DNA of 64,000 nucleotides from Clostridia bacterium (lineage in GTDB: Bacteria > Bacillota > Clostridia > Christensenellales > Borkfalkiaceae). Below the pieces are notes generated by a model. It was not told the DNA's origin, searched no databases, and saw only the letters and a list, made by a program, of their open reading frames with translations. This document shows, in pieces, positions 21,996-31,214 of this stretch (position 1 is the stretch's first letter; each line of letters opens with the position of its first letter). The DNA is taken from contig JAFSLQ010000042.1 in assembly GCA_017448355.1 (NCBI GenBank), positions 6,853 through 70,852 of the forward strand, in the 5' to 3' direction. Made by a program: the position numbers and the translations under genes.

Positions 21996-23397
21996 AAAAA
22001 CCATTGAAACCAACAAAAAAACCAATTTGCTTGAAGAAGGATATTATCATTATCCTTTGCAGGACGTCAAAAAACCGCAACTATTTAGGGATGTTTTCGA
22101 CTATGACCACGTTCCGAAAATCATTTTTAACAATACGGTCGTTCCGATGGGTATGCCTAAGGAAATCTGGATAACCGATACCACTTTCCGTGACGGACAG
22201 CAATCTATGTCTCCTTTTACCGTCGAACAGATGGTTGAACTGTTTAAATTAATGTCTAGACTTGGCGGAAAGAAGGGTATCGTCAGACAGTCAGAGTTTT
22301 TCCTTTATTCCGAAAAGGACAGAAAAGCCGCGGCGGCGTGTCGTGACTTAGGACTTCCTTTTCCCGAAGTTACAAGTTGGATAAGGGCGAATAAGCAGGA
22401 CTTCCAACTCGTAAAGGATATGGAAATCAAAGAAACGGGTATACTCGTCAGTTGTTCCGACTATCACATATTTAAAAAGATGAACTTAACCCGTGCGCAG
22501 GCTATGGATAAATATCTCGGTACGGTTAAGGACGCACTTGATGCGGGGATAAGACCGAGATGCCATTTTGAAGACATTACTCGCGCGGATTTTTACGGGT
22601 TCGTTGTTCCGTTTGCGTCGGAACTTATGCGGCTTATGGACGAAAGCGGTATTCCGATTAAAATCAGGGCGTGTGACACGATGGGATTCGGCGTTAACTT
22701 TTCCGGTGCGGCGATTCCGAGAAGTGTTCAGGGCATTATCTACGGATTAAAGCACTATGCGAAAGTTCCAAGCGCGCTGTTAGAGTGGCACGGGCATAAC
22801 GACTTTTATAAGGTTGTAACTAACGCCGATACCGCTTGGCTTTACGGCTGTGCCGCGGTCAACTGTTCGCTTCTCGGCGTAGGCGAGAGAACGGGTAACT
22901 GCCCGCTGGAAGCGATGGCGATAGAATATGCTTCGTTTAAGGGCACGAGCGACGGTATGGACTTTACGGCAATTAGCGATATTGCCGACTATTTTGAAAA
23001 GGAAATCGGCTACGAAATTCCGCCGAGAACGCCTTTTGTCGGAAAGAGTTTTAACTCTACGAGAGCGGGTATTCATGCCGACGGTATGCTTAAAAACGAA
23101 GAAATTTACAATGTTTTCGATACGAAGAAAATCCTTAACCGTCCGATGACGGTGGCGATAAATAACACGAGCGGATTAGCGGGTATTGCGTACTGGATAA
23201 ATCAGCACTTTGAATTAAACGGAGCGGACAAAATCAATAAATCGCATACTGCTGTCGGCAAGATGAAGGAAGTTATCGATAAAGAATATGCTGACGGACG
23301 TTGCACGGTTATGTCGGACGAAGAACTTGACGCGATTCTTTTAGCGGAAGACGCCGAACTACATAAAATATTATCCGCTAAAAACAAAAAAGTTTAA
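21988..23397 (+). CDS. HMGL-like family synthase (isopropylmalate / homocitrate / Re-citrate synthase family)
   Basis: TDTTFRDGQQS and HGHNDF motifs of the DRE-TIM metallolyase fold. ATG after GGAGG at 21988, overlapping the aminotransferase stop. Confidence 0.75.
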   Translation: MHKKTIETNKKTNLLEEGYYHYPLQDVKKPQLFRDVFDYDHVPKIIFNNTVVPMGMPKEIWITDTTFRDGQQSMSPFTVEQMVELFKLMSRLGGKKGIVRQSEFFLYSEKDRKAAAACRDLGLPFPEVTSWIRANKQDFQLVKDMEIKETGILVSCSDYHIFKKMNLTRAQAMDKYLGTVKDALDAGIRPRCHFEDITRADFYGFVVPFASELMRLMDESGIPIKIRACDTMGFGVNFSGAAIPRSVQGIIYGLKHYAKVPSALLEWHGHNDFYKVVTNADTAWLYGCAAVNCSLLGVGERTGNCPLEAMAIEYASFKGTSDGMDFTAISDIADYFEKEIGYEIPPRTPFVGKSFNSTRAGIHADGMLKNEEIYNVFDTKKILNRPMTVAINNTSGLAGIAYWINQHFELNGADKINKSHTAVGKMKEVIDKEYADGRCTVMSDEELDAILLAEDAELHKILSAKNKKV

Positions 23398-23405
23398 TTT
23401 ACTTA

Positions 23406-23434
23406 TTGTAATTTAAACGAATATATTGTATACT
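23406..23434 (+). promoter_or_regulatory. sigma-A-type promoter TTGTAA-17-TATACT
   Basis: Hexamers at 23406-23411 and 23429-23434, upstream of the P-loop gene. Confidence 0.45.
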
Positions 23435-23465
23435 GTAATTGATAAAATTAATTAGGAGTGATTTT

Positions 23466-23873
23466 ATGAAAATTTTTTACGGGCCGAAGGGCACGGGTAA
23501 AACCAAAGCGATTATTGATTTTGCAAACGAAGTAAAGGCGACCGCGAAAGGTCACGTGGTTTATATCACCGACACCGATAAATACGCTTTTGAATTGAAA
23601 CTTCCCATCAGATTTTTAGATACTGCGGATTTTGGGGTAAAATCCGAAGACGAATTCCGCGGTTTTATCAAGGGTATCGTTGCGTCAAACGGAGATAACG
23701 AATACGTGTTTATCGACGGTGTGGCAAGAATTTGCAACAAGACGCTTGGTGAAATCGGTACGATTTTCGATGCTATGGATAGTTTGGAAAAGAATTTCGG
23801 CGTTAAATTTGTACTTACTTGTAGCGGTAGCAAAGAAGATTTGCCAGACTTTATATTAAAGTACGTCGATTAA
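23466..23873 (+). CDS. hypothetical minimal P-loop NTPase (135 aa)
   Basis: Walker A GPKGTGKT at residues 6-13 and a Walker-B-like YVFIDG. AGGAG RBS upstream. No other recognisable domain. Confidence 0.6.
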   Translation: MKIFYGPKGTGKTKAIIDFANEVKATAKGHVVYITDTDKYAFELKLPIRFLDTADFGVKSEDEFRGFIKGIVASNGDNEYVFIDGVARICNKTLGEIGTIFDAMDSLEKNFGVKFVLTCSGSKEDLPDFILKYVD

Positions 23874-23903
23874 CTTGCTTTTTAAGTATAAAATGTAGTA
23901 AAA
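23874..23903 (+). promoter_or_regulatory. possible promoter TTGCTT-18-TAAAAT for thrC, abutting the upstream terminator
   Basis: Hexamers at 23874-23879 and 23898-23903. The predicted +1 falls inside the 5' arm of the hairpin. Confidence 0.3.
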
Positions 23904-23935
23904 TAAAAGTCGGGAGTATCTCGACTTTTATTTTT
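23904..23935 (+). terminator. intrinsic terminator after the P-loop gene
   Basis: AAAAGTCGGG-AGTAT-CTCGACTTTT (one G-U pair) followed by a T-rich tract. Confidence 0.6.
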
Positions 23936-23961
23936 ATTTTATTGTTTTTTTGGGAGATATT

Positions 23962-25446
23962 ATGCAATTTATAAGTACACGCGGCGGGATTGCCGCCGAA
24001 AACGCCGCAAAGGCTATTACTAAGGGTTTGTCGAGTGACGGCGGGTTGTTTGTGCCTTACACTTTTCCCGACGTGTCAGGGGATTTTGATAACCTTTTAC
24101 AGATGGACTATGCCGAACGCGCCGCGTTTATTATCGGCAAATTTTTGGAAGAATATGATAAAGAAGGGCTGCTTACCGCGTGTAAAAAGGCGTATTCGCA
24201 GTTTGAAGAAAACGACGCCGCGCCCGTAGTTAAAATAGACGATAACCTTTTCGTGTTGGAACTTTTTCACGGTCCGACCCTTGCATTTAAAGATATTGCG
24301 CTCACGCTTTTGCCGTATCTTTTAAGGACTGGCGCAAACATTTCGGGCGTTAAAGAAACAATTTTGATATTAGTTGCAACCAGCGGCGATACCGGTAAAG
24401 CGGCACTTGAAGGTTTTAAAAATCAAGAAGGCGTTAAAATTTGTGTATTTTATCCGTCGGAAGGCGTTTCCGATATGCAAAAATTGCAAATGTGCACTCA
24501 GGAAGGCGATAACGTAAACGTTATAGGCGTAAAGGGTAATTTCGACGATTGCCAGACAGCCGTTAAAAAGATTTTTACAAGCAAAGAGTGCGCCGCTAAG
24601 TTAAAGGACGAAAACGTCGTGTTATCGAGCGCGAACTCTATTAACTTCGGTCGCCTTGTTCCGCAGATAGTATATTATTTTTCCGCTTACTGCGATTTGG
24701 TAAACGCGGGTGAAATTTCTTTGGGCGATAAGATTGACTTTACCGTTCCTACGGGAAACTTCGGCAATATCCTTGCAGGGTATTACGCTAAAAAGATGGG
24801 GCTTCCCGTTAATAAACTCGTTTGCGCGTCCAACTCCAACAACGTGCTTACCGAATTCTTTTTAAGCGGTACGTATGACGCTAACCGCGAATTTTTTAAG
24901 ACGATGTCGCCGTCTATGGATATACTTATTTCAAGCAATCTTGAACGGCTCGTGTTTGAACTCAGCGGAAGAGATAGCGCGTTTACCGCCGAAAGGATGG
25001 CTGACCTTAAAACTTACGGCAAATATTCTCTCGCTAAGGACGAAAAAACCGCACTTCAAAAAGAGTTTTATGCCGGATACTGCGATGAAGAAGAGTGCAT
25101 GGAACAGATGTCTGATTCTTTTAATGATTCAGGTTATTTGTGCGATCCGCATACGGCGGTTGCGTTAAAAGTTGCGAACGATTATGCGGCAGAAAATAAT
25201 CCGCAAGCAAAAATGGTGGTTCTATCTACCGCAAGCCCGTATAAATTTTCGCAAAACGTGTTAAAGGCAGTAGGCGGTAAATCGGTAAAAGACGCGTTTG
25301 ATGCCGCAAAAACGCTTGAAACGTTGTCGGCAGCACCGATTCCAAGCCAAATTTCAGAACTTAAAAATAAAGAAAAAAGATTTTCAAAAGTTATAGATAA
25401 AGCGGACGCCGCTACGGAAGTTTTGCGGTTTGCCGCGCTTAAATAA
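23962..25446 (+). CDS. thrC: threonine synthase (long form)
   Basis: MQFISTRG start and PTLAFKD containing the PLP lysine. GGGAGA RBS. Confidence 0.9.
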   Translation: MQFISTRGGIAAENAAKAITKGLSSDGGLFVPYTFPDVSGDFDNLLQMDYAERAAFIIGKFLEEYDKEGLLTACKKAYSQFEENDAAPVVKIDDNLFVLELFHGPTLAFKDIALTLLPYLLRTGANISGVKETILILVATSGDTGKAALEGFKNQEGVKICVFYPSEGVSDMQKLQMCTQEGDNVNVIGVKGNFDDCQTAVKKIFTSKECAAKLKDENVVLSSANSINFGRLVPQIVYYFSAYCDLVNAGEISLGDKIDFTVPTGNFGNILAGYYAKKMGLPVNKLVCASNSNNVLTEFFLSGTYDANREFFKTMSPSMDILISSNLERLVFELSGRDSAFTAERMADLKTYGKYSLAKDEKTALQKEFYAGYCDEEECMEQMSDSFNDSGYLCDPHTAVALKVANDYAAENNPQAKMVVLSTASPYKFSQNVLKAVGGKSVKDAFDAAKTLETLSAAPIPSQISELKNKEKRFSKVIDKADAATEVLRFAALK

Positions 25447-25455
25447 AGGGACAAT

Positions 25456-26460
25456 ATGGAAGACAAAAAGACTTTATTCAGCGCAATTCAGCCGAGCGGA
25501 ATACTAACTATCGGCAATTATCTCGGCGCACTCAGAAATTTCAAAAAACTGCAAGACGATTATAACAGTATCTTTTCCGTTGCGGACTTGCACACTCTTA
25601 CCGTAAAGCAAGAGCCCGCGACTTTACGTAAAAATATTTACGAACTTACCGCGCTGTATCTTGCATGCGGGATAAACCCTGAAAAATCCATACTGTTTAT
25701 ACAGTCGCACGTTTCGGCGCACGCGGAACTTACTTGGGTACTAAATACCATTTGTTATCCTGGGGAACTTTCGCGTATGACGCAGTTTAAGGAGAAGAGT
25801 AAGTCGCACGAAGATAACGTTAATATGGGGCTTATGGACTATCCCGTGTTGATGGCGTCGGATATATTGTTGTATCAATCCGATTTAGTACCGGTAGGGG
25901 CAGACCAGAAACAGCACTTAGAACTTTCGCGCGATATCGCCATAAGATTTAATAACAGATTCGGCGAAACTTTTACCGTTCCCGACGGGTATATCCCGAA
26001 AACTGCCGCGCGAATTATGAGTTTACAAGAACCGACTAAAAAAATGAGCAAGTCGGACGCTAATTTAAACGCTTTTATCTCTATGGACGACGATACGGAT
26101 ACGGTGATCAGGAAATTTAAACGCGCGGTAACCGACAGCGATAACCGGATAATTTTCAGCGAAGATAAACCGGGGATTAGCAATCTTCTCGCTATATATG
26201 CTGCCGTTTGCGATAAAACGATAGAAGACACGGAAAAAGAATTTGTAGGTTTAGGCTACGGCGATTTTAAACTTAAAGTCGGCGAAGCGGTTGCAAGCAT
26301 AATTGAACCTATAAGGCAAGAGAAAAACAAACTTTTAGCAAATAAAGATTATCTTGACGACGTTTTGAAGTCGGGTGCGGAACGTGCGGAACGCATTGCC
26401 GTTAAAACTCTTTCGAAAGTTTATAAGAAAATCGGTTTAGTACCGAGAAAAAGAGGGTAA
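25456..26460 (+). CDS. trpS: tryptophan--tRNA ligase
   Basis: GxxTIGNYLGA (HIGH-like) and KMSKS. 334 aa. Confidence 0.95.
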   Translation: MEDKKTLFSAIQPSGILTIGNYLGALRNFKKLQDDYNSIFSVADLHTLTVKQEPATLRKNIYELTALYLACGINPEKSILFIQSHVSAHAELTWVLNTICYPGELSRMTQFKEKSKSHEDNVNMGLMDYPVLMASDILLYQSDLVPVGADQKQHLELSRDIAIRFNNRFGETFTVPDGYIPKTAARIMSLQEPTKKMSKSDANLNAFISMDDDTDTVIRKFKRAVTDSDNRIIFSEDKPGISNLLAIYAAVCDKTIEDTEKEFVGLGYGDFKLKVGEAVASIIEPIRQEKNKLLANKDYLDDVLKSGAERAERIAVKTLSKVYKKIGLVPRKRG

Positions 26461-26461
26461 A

Positions 26462-27328
26462 ATGTTCGGATACCTGACAACCGATTTCCCTAATCTTTAC
26501 GTTAAAGATACGGTGCTTTACAAATCAGCCTACTGCGGACTTTGTAAAAGCATAGGTCAGGGGTGCGGCACAAAAGGCAGATTTTTACTTAATTACGATT
26601 TGACCTTTTTGTCCGTTTTTACGCATAACGTTATCGGCAAGGATTTTACTATCGAAAAACAACATTGTATATTGCACACGATAACTAAGCGTCCTGTTGC
26701 TGTTCCCGACGAACTTTCGAGAAGAATTGCCGCGCTTAACGTAATTTTAGCATATTATAAGTTGTCGGACAATGTTATTGACGAAGGCAAGGGGAAGTTT
26801 AAGCGTTCTATTTTTAAAAGGGCATATAAAAAAGCACGAAAAGCCGAACCCGTACTTGATAATATCGTTAAGACAAACTACGACGCACTCATTAAGTACG
26901 AAAAACAAAACTCCGACAGTATTGATATCGTGTCTGACCCCTTCGGTGTTATGATGAAAGAAATCGTAAAAGAGTTAGTGGCAGATAAATTTACCGACAA
27001 TATCGGAGAACTTTGCTATAATCTCGGTAAATGGATTTATTTAATCGACGCGTTGGATGACTTTGATAAAGACAAAATCAAACGAAATTTTAACGTTTTT
27101 ATCAATGCATATAAAGATATTTCCGATAAAAAAACTTTTTTAATAGAGAAAAAACAGGATTTAGAGTTTATTTTCGGCGGTATTTTATCCGAAATATACA
27201 GGTGTGCAAAGAACGTTTCTTATAATTTTAATCACGATTTAACCGATAATATACTTTTAAGGGGAATTTTCGAACAGACAAAAAACGTTATGGAGAATAA
27301 AAAATGCAAGACTTCTATAAAATTTTAG
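26462..27328 (+). CDS. DUF5685-like Cys-motif protein of unknown function
   Basis: The N-terminus MFGYLTTDFPNLYVKDTVLYKSAYCGLCKSIGQGCG resembles, from memory, the DUF5685 family of Firmicutes. Starts 1 nt after the trpS stop. Confidence 0.6.
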   Translation: MFGYLTTDFPNLYVKDTVLYKSAYCGLCKSIGQGCGTKGRFLLNYDLTFLSVFTHNVIGKDFTIEKQHCILHTITKRPVAVPDELSRRIAALNVILAYYKLSDNVIDEGKGKFKRSIFKRAYKKARKAEPVLDNIVKTNYDALIKYEKQNSDSIDIVSDPFGVMMKEIVKELVADKFTDNIGELCYNLGKWIYLIDALDDFDKDKIKRNFNVFINAYKDISDKKTFLIEKKQDLEFIFGGILSEIYRCAKNVSYNFNHDLTDNILLRGIFEQTKNVMENKKCKTSIKF

Positions 27329-27912
27329 GCTTAAACGAATCCGCCACCGACGCGGAGATTAAAGAAAAATATAATAAATTAAAGGAAAGATATTCGCGCG
27401 AGCGCTTTTATGAAGGCGAAATAGGCAACGAAGCGGCGCGAAATCTGACAAAACTTGAAACCGCTTACGCTGAAATTATGAACGATAGGGGCAATAAAGC
27501 AAACGCCGAAGGCGTAGCCCCGAATTTTTCAGACGTGGAACAATTGATTAAAGACGGAAATATCAGCGAAGCGCAAAACCGACTTGACAACATTACCGAT
27601 AGAAATGCAGAATGGCATTATTTGCAGTCGGTTATATTCTACAAGAAAAACTGGATAAACGAGAGTAAAAAACAGTTGGAAATCGCGCTGAATATGGAAC
27701 CGCACAACCAAAAATATTCTGACGCATATACCAAACTTAAACAAAAAATTTCTTATAGCGAAAGTCAATTCCGTTCAGGCAACGCACAAGACGGTGAGCA
27801 AAGCGGCGCGTCGGGAGAGCGGCAGATGGGCGGCGACGGAGCAAACGATTGTCTGTCTTTCTGTGCAACCTGGTGCTGTATGAATATGCTTTGCAATATG
27901 TGTTGCAGATGA
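27304..27912 (+). CDS. J-domain-like protein lacking HPD, with TPR-like middle region and C-terminal cysteine string
   Basis: DFYKILGL...AEIKEKYNKLKERY-SRE-RF occupies the place of ...KYHPD. The last 20 aa, CLSFCATWCCMNMLCNMCCR, contain 7 Cys. Confidence 0.75.
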   Translation: MQDFYKILGLNESATDAEIKEKYNKLKERYSRERFYEGEIGNEAARNLTKLETAYAEIMNDRGNKANAEGVAPNFSDVEQLIKDGNISEAQNRLDNITDRNAEWHYLQSVIFYKKNWINESKKQLEIALNMEPHNQKYSDAYTKLKQKISYSESQFRSGNAQDGEQSGASGERQMGGDGANDCLSFCATWCCMNMLCNMCCR

Positions 27913-28457
27913 TGAAAAGTCGGGTTATAACCGTTTCGGCAATATCTGCGGGACTTGTTGCAATTTGTCTTGCAATAGGCATATACGTTGAAATCGTTGA
28001 CTTGATTTCACTTGTATTGTCTTCGGTTTTTGTGATTTTGCCGCTGTATCTTAAATCATATAAAGGCGCGTTGCTTACTTACCTTGCGGGCGGCGTTTTA
28101 GGACTTTTAATCGGCTGGTTTAATTTTGTGTATTCTTTTGTTTTTCCGGCATACTTTGCATTTTTTGGGCTGTTTCCTATAATCGCCTGTTTGTTAAGAG
28201 AAAAGAAGATTAACAAGTTCTTTTATCATACGATAGGGCTTATTTGGGGGCTAGCGGCGGCTTACGGGGTATACTTTTATTATACTTTGGTGATGGGGCT
28301 GGATTTTGCAAATTTACCCCATTATTTAATTTGGATAAAAGACTATTTAATCGTCGTCGTTGGCGTTGTCGGTGTGGTGTTTTATTTCGTTTACGAAAGA
28401 TTTATAACCTTAGCAAAAACGCTTATTGACAAATATATGGGTAAAATAATCAAATAG
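27909..28457 (+). CDS. hypothetical polytopic membrane protein
   Basis: ATGATG start overlaps the upstream TGA (ATGA coupling). About 6 hydrophobic helices. The ORF track extends to 27849. Confidence 0.55.
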   Translation: MMKSRVITVSAISAGLVAICLAIGIYVEIVDLISLVLSSVFVILPLYLKSYKGALLTYLAGGVLGLLIGWFNFVYSFVFPAYFAFFGLFPIIACLLREKKINKFFYHTIGLIWGLAAAYGVYFYYTLVMGLDFANLPHYLIWIKDYLIVVVGVVGVVFYFVYERFITLAKTLIDKYMGKIIK

Positions 28458-28475
28458 GGTAAAATATACGATAAG

Positions 28476-29885
28476 ATGGATAAAAACGAAGTGAGAGAAA
28501 GCACGGTTATCGCTATGGGGATGAACGGCGAAGGCGTGTTGAAAGACGAAGGGAAAGTGGTGTTCGTGCCGTTTGCTATGACGGGCGAAAAAATCAGATA
28601 CAGAGTGCTTAAAACGTCTTCTAATTGTACATACGGAAAGGTTGTTGAAATTTTAACTCCCGCAGAAGACAGAATCAGACCCAAATGTCCTGTATACGGC
28701 AAGTGTGGCGGGTGTCAGTTGCAGCACGTGAGATATGCCACGCAATTAAAAATCAAAGAAGATAATATTGCTAATTGTTTTAGAAAAATTGCTTTTTCAG
28801 ACGTAAAAGTTCAGCCGACGGTTCGTGGTGAAAACGAATTCGGATACAGAAATAAATTGCAATTACCGATTTCGGTGGATAAAACGGGTAAAACTATAAT
28901 AGGATTTTATGCGGAAAATTCACACAGGGTAGTGCCTGTTTCGGATTGCCCCATAAATGCTGTCTGGACTGCGGATATTATAAGCGCTTTTAACGAATAT
29001 TTTGATTTGACGGGTATAAAAGGATATTGTGAAGAGACCCATACAGGCGATATACGCGAAATTGCCGTTAAAGACGTAAAGGGAAAACTTATTATAACGG
29101 TCGTTGCAACGACAGACGTTTTGCCTTTTAAAGAAAAACTACTTGAAATATTACAAAATAAAGTTAAATATACCTTCGCGCTTTATCTTAACGTAAACAC
29201 TTCGCATAATAACGTTATTTTCAGCGAAAAATTTATTCATTTATATGGGAATAAAGATTTTGGCGCGGATATGCTTGGTATCAGATATAGGGTAGGCGTA
29301 CAAAGTTTTATGCAGGTAAACGACTGTGTTGCCGCTAAACTTTATTCTATGGTTAATACGCTTGCCGAAGCGGACGAAGATACCGTAATAATTGATGCGT
29401 ACAGCGGCGCGGGGCTTATGACGGCACTACTTTCTAAGCGTGCGAAAAAGGCGATAGGAATTGAAATTGTGCCCGAAGCGGTTAATCTTGCAAACGCACT
29501 GGCAAGCCAAAATGGATTATCGGAAAAAATCACTAATTATCAGGGGAAATGTGAAGAGATTATGCCAGACATAATCGAACGCGAGAAGGCAAACGGCAGT
29601 AAAATCGTAGTGGTTTTAGACCCGCCGAGAAAGGGTTGTGATTTAAAGGTTATTGATGCGGTAAAAAACAGCGGCGCGGATAAAATCATTTACGTTTCCT
29701 GTAAGCCGTCGACGCTTGCAAGGGATGTGGGATTAATTACGGGTACTCTTTGTCACGACGGTTCAAAGATTGAAAAATCTGAAACGGTAAACGGAAAGTA
29801 CATAATTAACAGCGTTCGTCCTTTCGACATGTTTGCCCAGACAAAACACATAGAAACGCTTTGCGAACTTGTTCGCTCGGAATAA
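28476..29885 (+). CDS. rlmD: 23S rRNA (uracil-C5)-methyltransferase, RlmD/RlmCD (TrmA) family
   Basis: N-terminal TRAM domain, Fe-S Cys cluster CPVYGKCGGCQLQH, and a SAM fold with DPPRKG and a C-terminal catalytic Cys region. Confidence 0.85.
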   Translation: MDKNEVRESTVIAMGMNGEGVLKDEGKVVFVPFAMTGEKIRYRVLKTSSNCTYGKVVEILTPAEDRIRPKCPVYGKCGGCQLQHVRYATQLKIKEDNIANCFRKIAFSDVKVQPTVRGENEFGYRNKLQLPISVDKTGKTIIGFYAENSHRVVPVSDCPINAVWTADIISAFNEYFDLTGIKGYCEETHTGDIREIAVKDVKGKLIITVVATTDVLPFKEKLLEILQNKVKYTFALYLNVNTSHNNVIFSEKFIHLYGNKDFGADMLGIRYRVGVQSFMQVNDCVAAKLYSMVNTLAEADEDTVIIDAYSGAGLMTALLSKRAKKAIGIEIVPEAVNLANALASQNGLSEKITNYQGKCEEIMPDIIEREKANGSKIVVVLDPPRKGCDLKVIDAVKNSGADKIIYVSCKPSTLARDVGLITGTLCHDGSKIEKSETVNGKYIINSVRPFDMFAQTKHIETLCELVRSE

Positions 29886-29939
29886 AATTCAAGTAAAGCG
29901 AAAACGCTTTCATTACAAGTTGTTTTATTCTATACATAA

Positions 29940-31214
29940 ATGGAAAATAAAATCTATTGTTGTATCGATTTAAAAAGTTTTTATGCTTCGGTCGAGTGCG
30001 TTGAACGCGGGCTCGACCCTTTTAAGGTTAATCTTGTTGTAGCCGACCCCGAACGGAGTGAAGGCACGGTGTGTCTTGCTATTTCTCCGGCGTTAAAAGC
30101 ACTCGGCGTAAAAAATCGTTGCCGACTTTTTGAAATTCCCAAAGAAATTGAATATATAATCGCAAAACCGCGCATGAAACTGTATATGGAAAAGTCTGCG
30201 GAAATTTATTCCGTTTATTTACGCTATATTGCGGCAGAAGATATACACGTTTATTCTATTGATGAAGTTTTTATCGACTTGACCGATTATTTGGTTTTAT
30301 ACAAAAAAACGGCAAAATCGCTTGCAAAACAACTAATCGACGAAGTTTACGCTTTAACCGGAATACGCGCCACGGTGGGGATAGGAACTAACTTGTTTTT
30401 GGCGAAAATCGCACTCGATATCACCGCAAAGCACGCCGAAGATTTTATGGGGTATCTTGACGAGTCGGAATTTAAAAGAACCGTTTGGCATCACAGACCT
30501 ATAACCGATATTTGGAACGTGGGGCGCGGAATCGCCGCAAGACTTGCCCAAATGGGTATATTTGACTTGTACGGCGTTGCAAAATGCCCCGAACATATCT
30601 TATATAAACAATTCGGGATTAATGCGGAACTTCTTATAGACCACGCAAACGGTATAGAACCGTGTACTATAAGCGATATACACGCGTATAAGTCAAAAAG
30701 CAACTCGCTTTCTAACGGGCAAGTTTTATTTTCCGACTATTCGTTTGGCGACGGGCTTATAATTATGAAGGAAATGGTTGAACAACTGGTTTTAGAACTT
30801 GTTGAAAAGCATCTGGTTTCCGACTCCATTTCGTTAAGCGTATCGTTTTCGGACAGGAACGCTAAATCGGTCGGCGGCACGGAAAAACTACACGAATACA
30901 CTTCTTCCGCTAAAAAGCTTTTGCAGTATTTTACCGATTATTATTACAAAAAAGTTCCCAAGAACGCTCTTATCCGAAGGATAAACGTGGGACTAAACAA
31001 TCTTATTGATGAAGCGTTTACAACTCGTAATCTTCTTACCGACGTAAACGGGCTGAATAAAGAGCGAAATTTGCAACGCACCGTCATTGATTTAAAACAC
31101 AAATACGGTAAAAACGCCGTGTTGATGGGAACAAGTTTTAATGAGCGGGCGACCGGTCGCGAACGTAATAAAATGATAGGGGGGCATAACGGTGGAGAAG
31201 ATGACAAGACTTGA
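29940..31214 (+). CDS. Y-family (translesion) DNA polymerase, UvrX/YqjW-like
   Basis: CIDLKSFYASVECVERG and YSIDEVFIDLT catalytic acidic motifs. Followed by a YolD-like gene. Confidence 0.85.
   Translation: MENKIYCCIDLKSFYASVECVERGLDPFKVNLVVADPERSEGTVCLAISPALKALGVKNRCRLFEIPKEIEYIIAKPRMKLYMEKSAEIYSVYLRYIAAEDIHVYSIDEVFIDLTDYLVLYKKTAKSLAKQLIDEVYALTGIRATVGIGTNLFLAKIALDITAKHAEDFMGYLDESEFKRTVWHHRPITDIWNVGRGIAARLAQMGIFDLYGVAKCPEHILYKQFGINAELLIDHANGIEPCTISDIHAYKSKSNSLSNGQVLFSDYSFGDGLIIMKEMVEQLVLELVEKHLVSDSISLSVSFSDRNAKSVGGTEKLHEYTSSAKKLLQYFTDYYYKKVPKNALIRRINVGLNNLIDEAFTTRNLLTDVNGLNKERNLQRTVIDLKHKYGKNAVLMGTSFNERATGRERNKMIGGHNGGEDDKT

Noticed and set aside
29863-29876. GCGAAC-TT-GTTCGC inverted repeat just upstream of the Y-family polymerase, looking like a LexA (Cheo) box
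   Set aside because: The spacer is 2 nt rather than the 4 nt of CGAAC-N4-GTTCG. The site also lies inside the 3' end of the rlmD coding sequence. It is most likely coincidental or part of local RNA structure.
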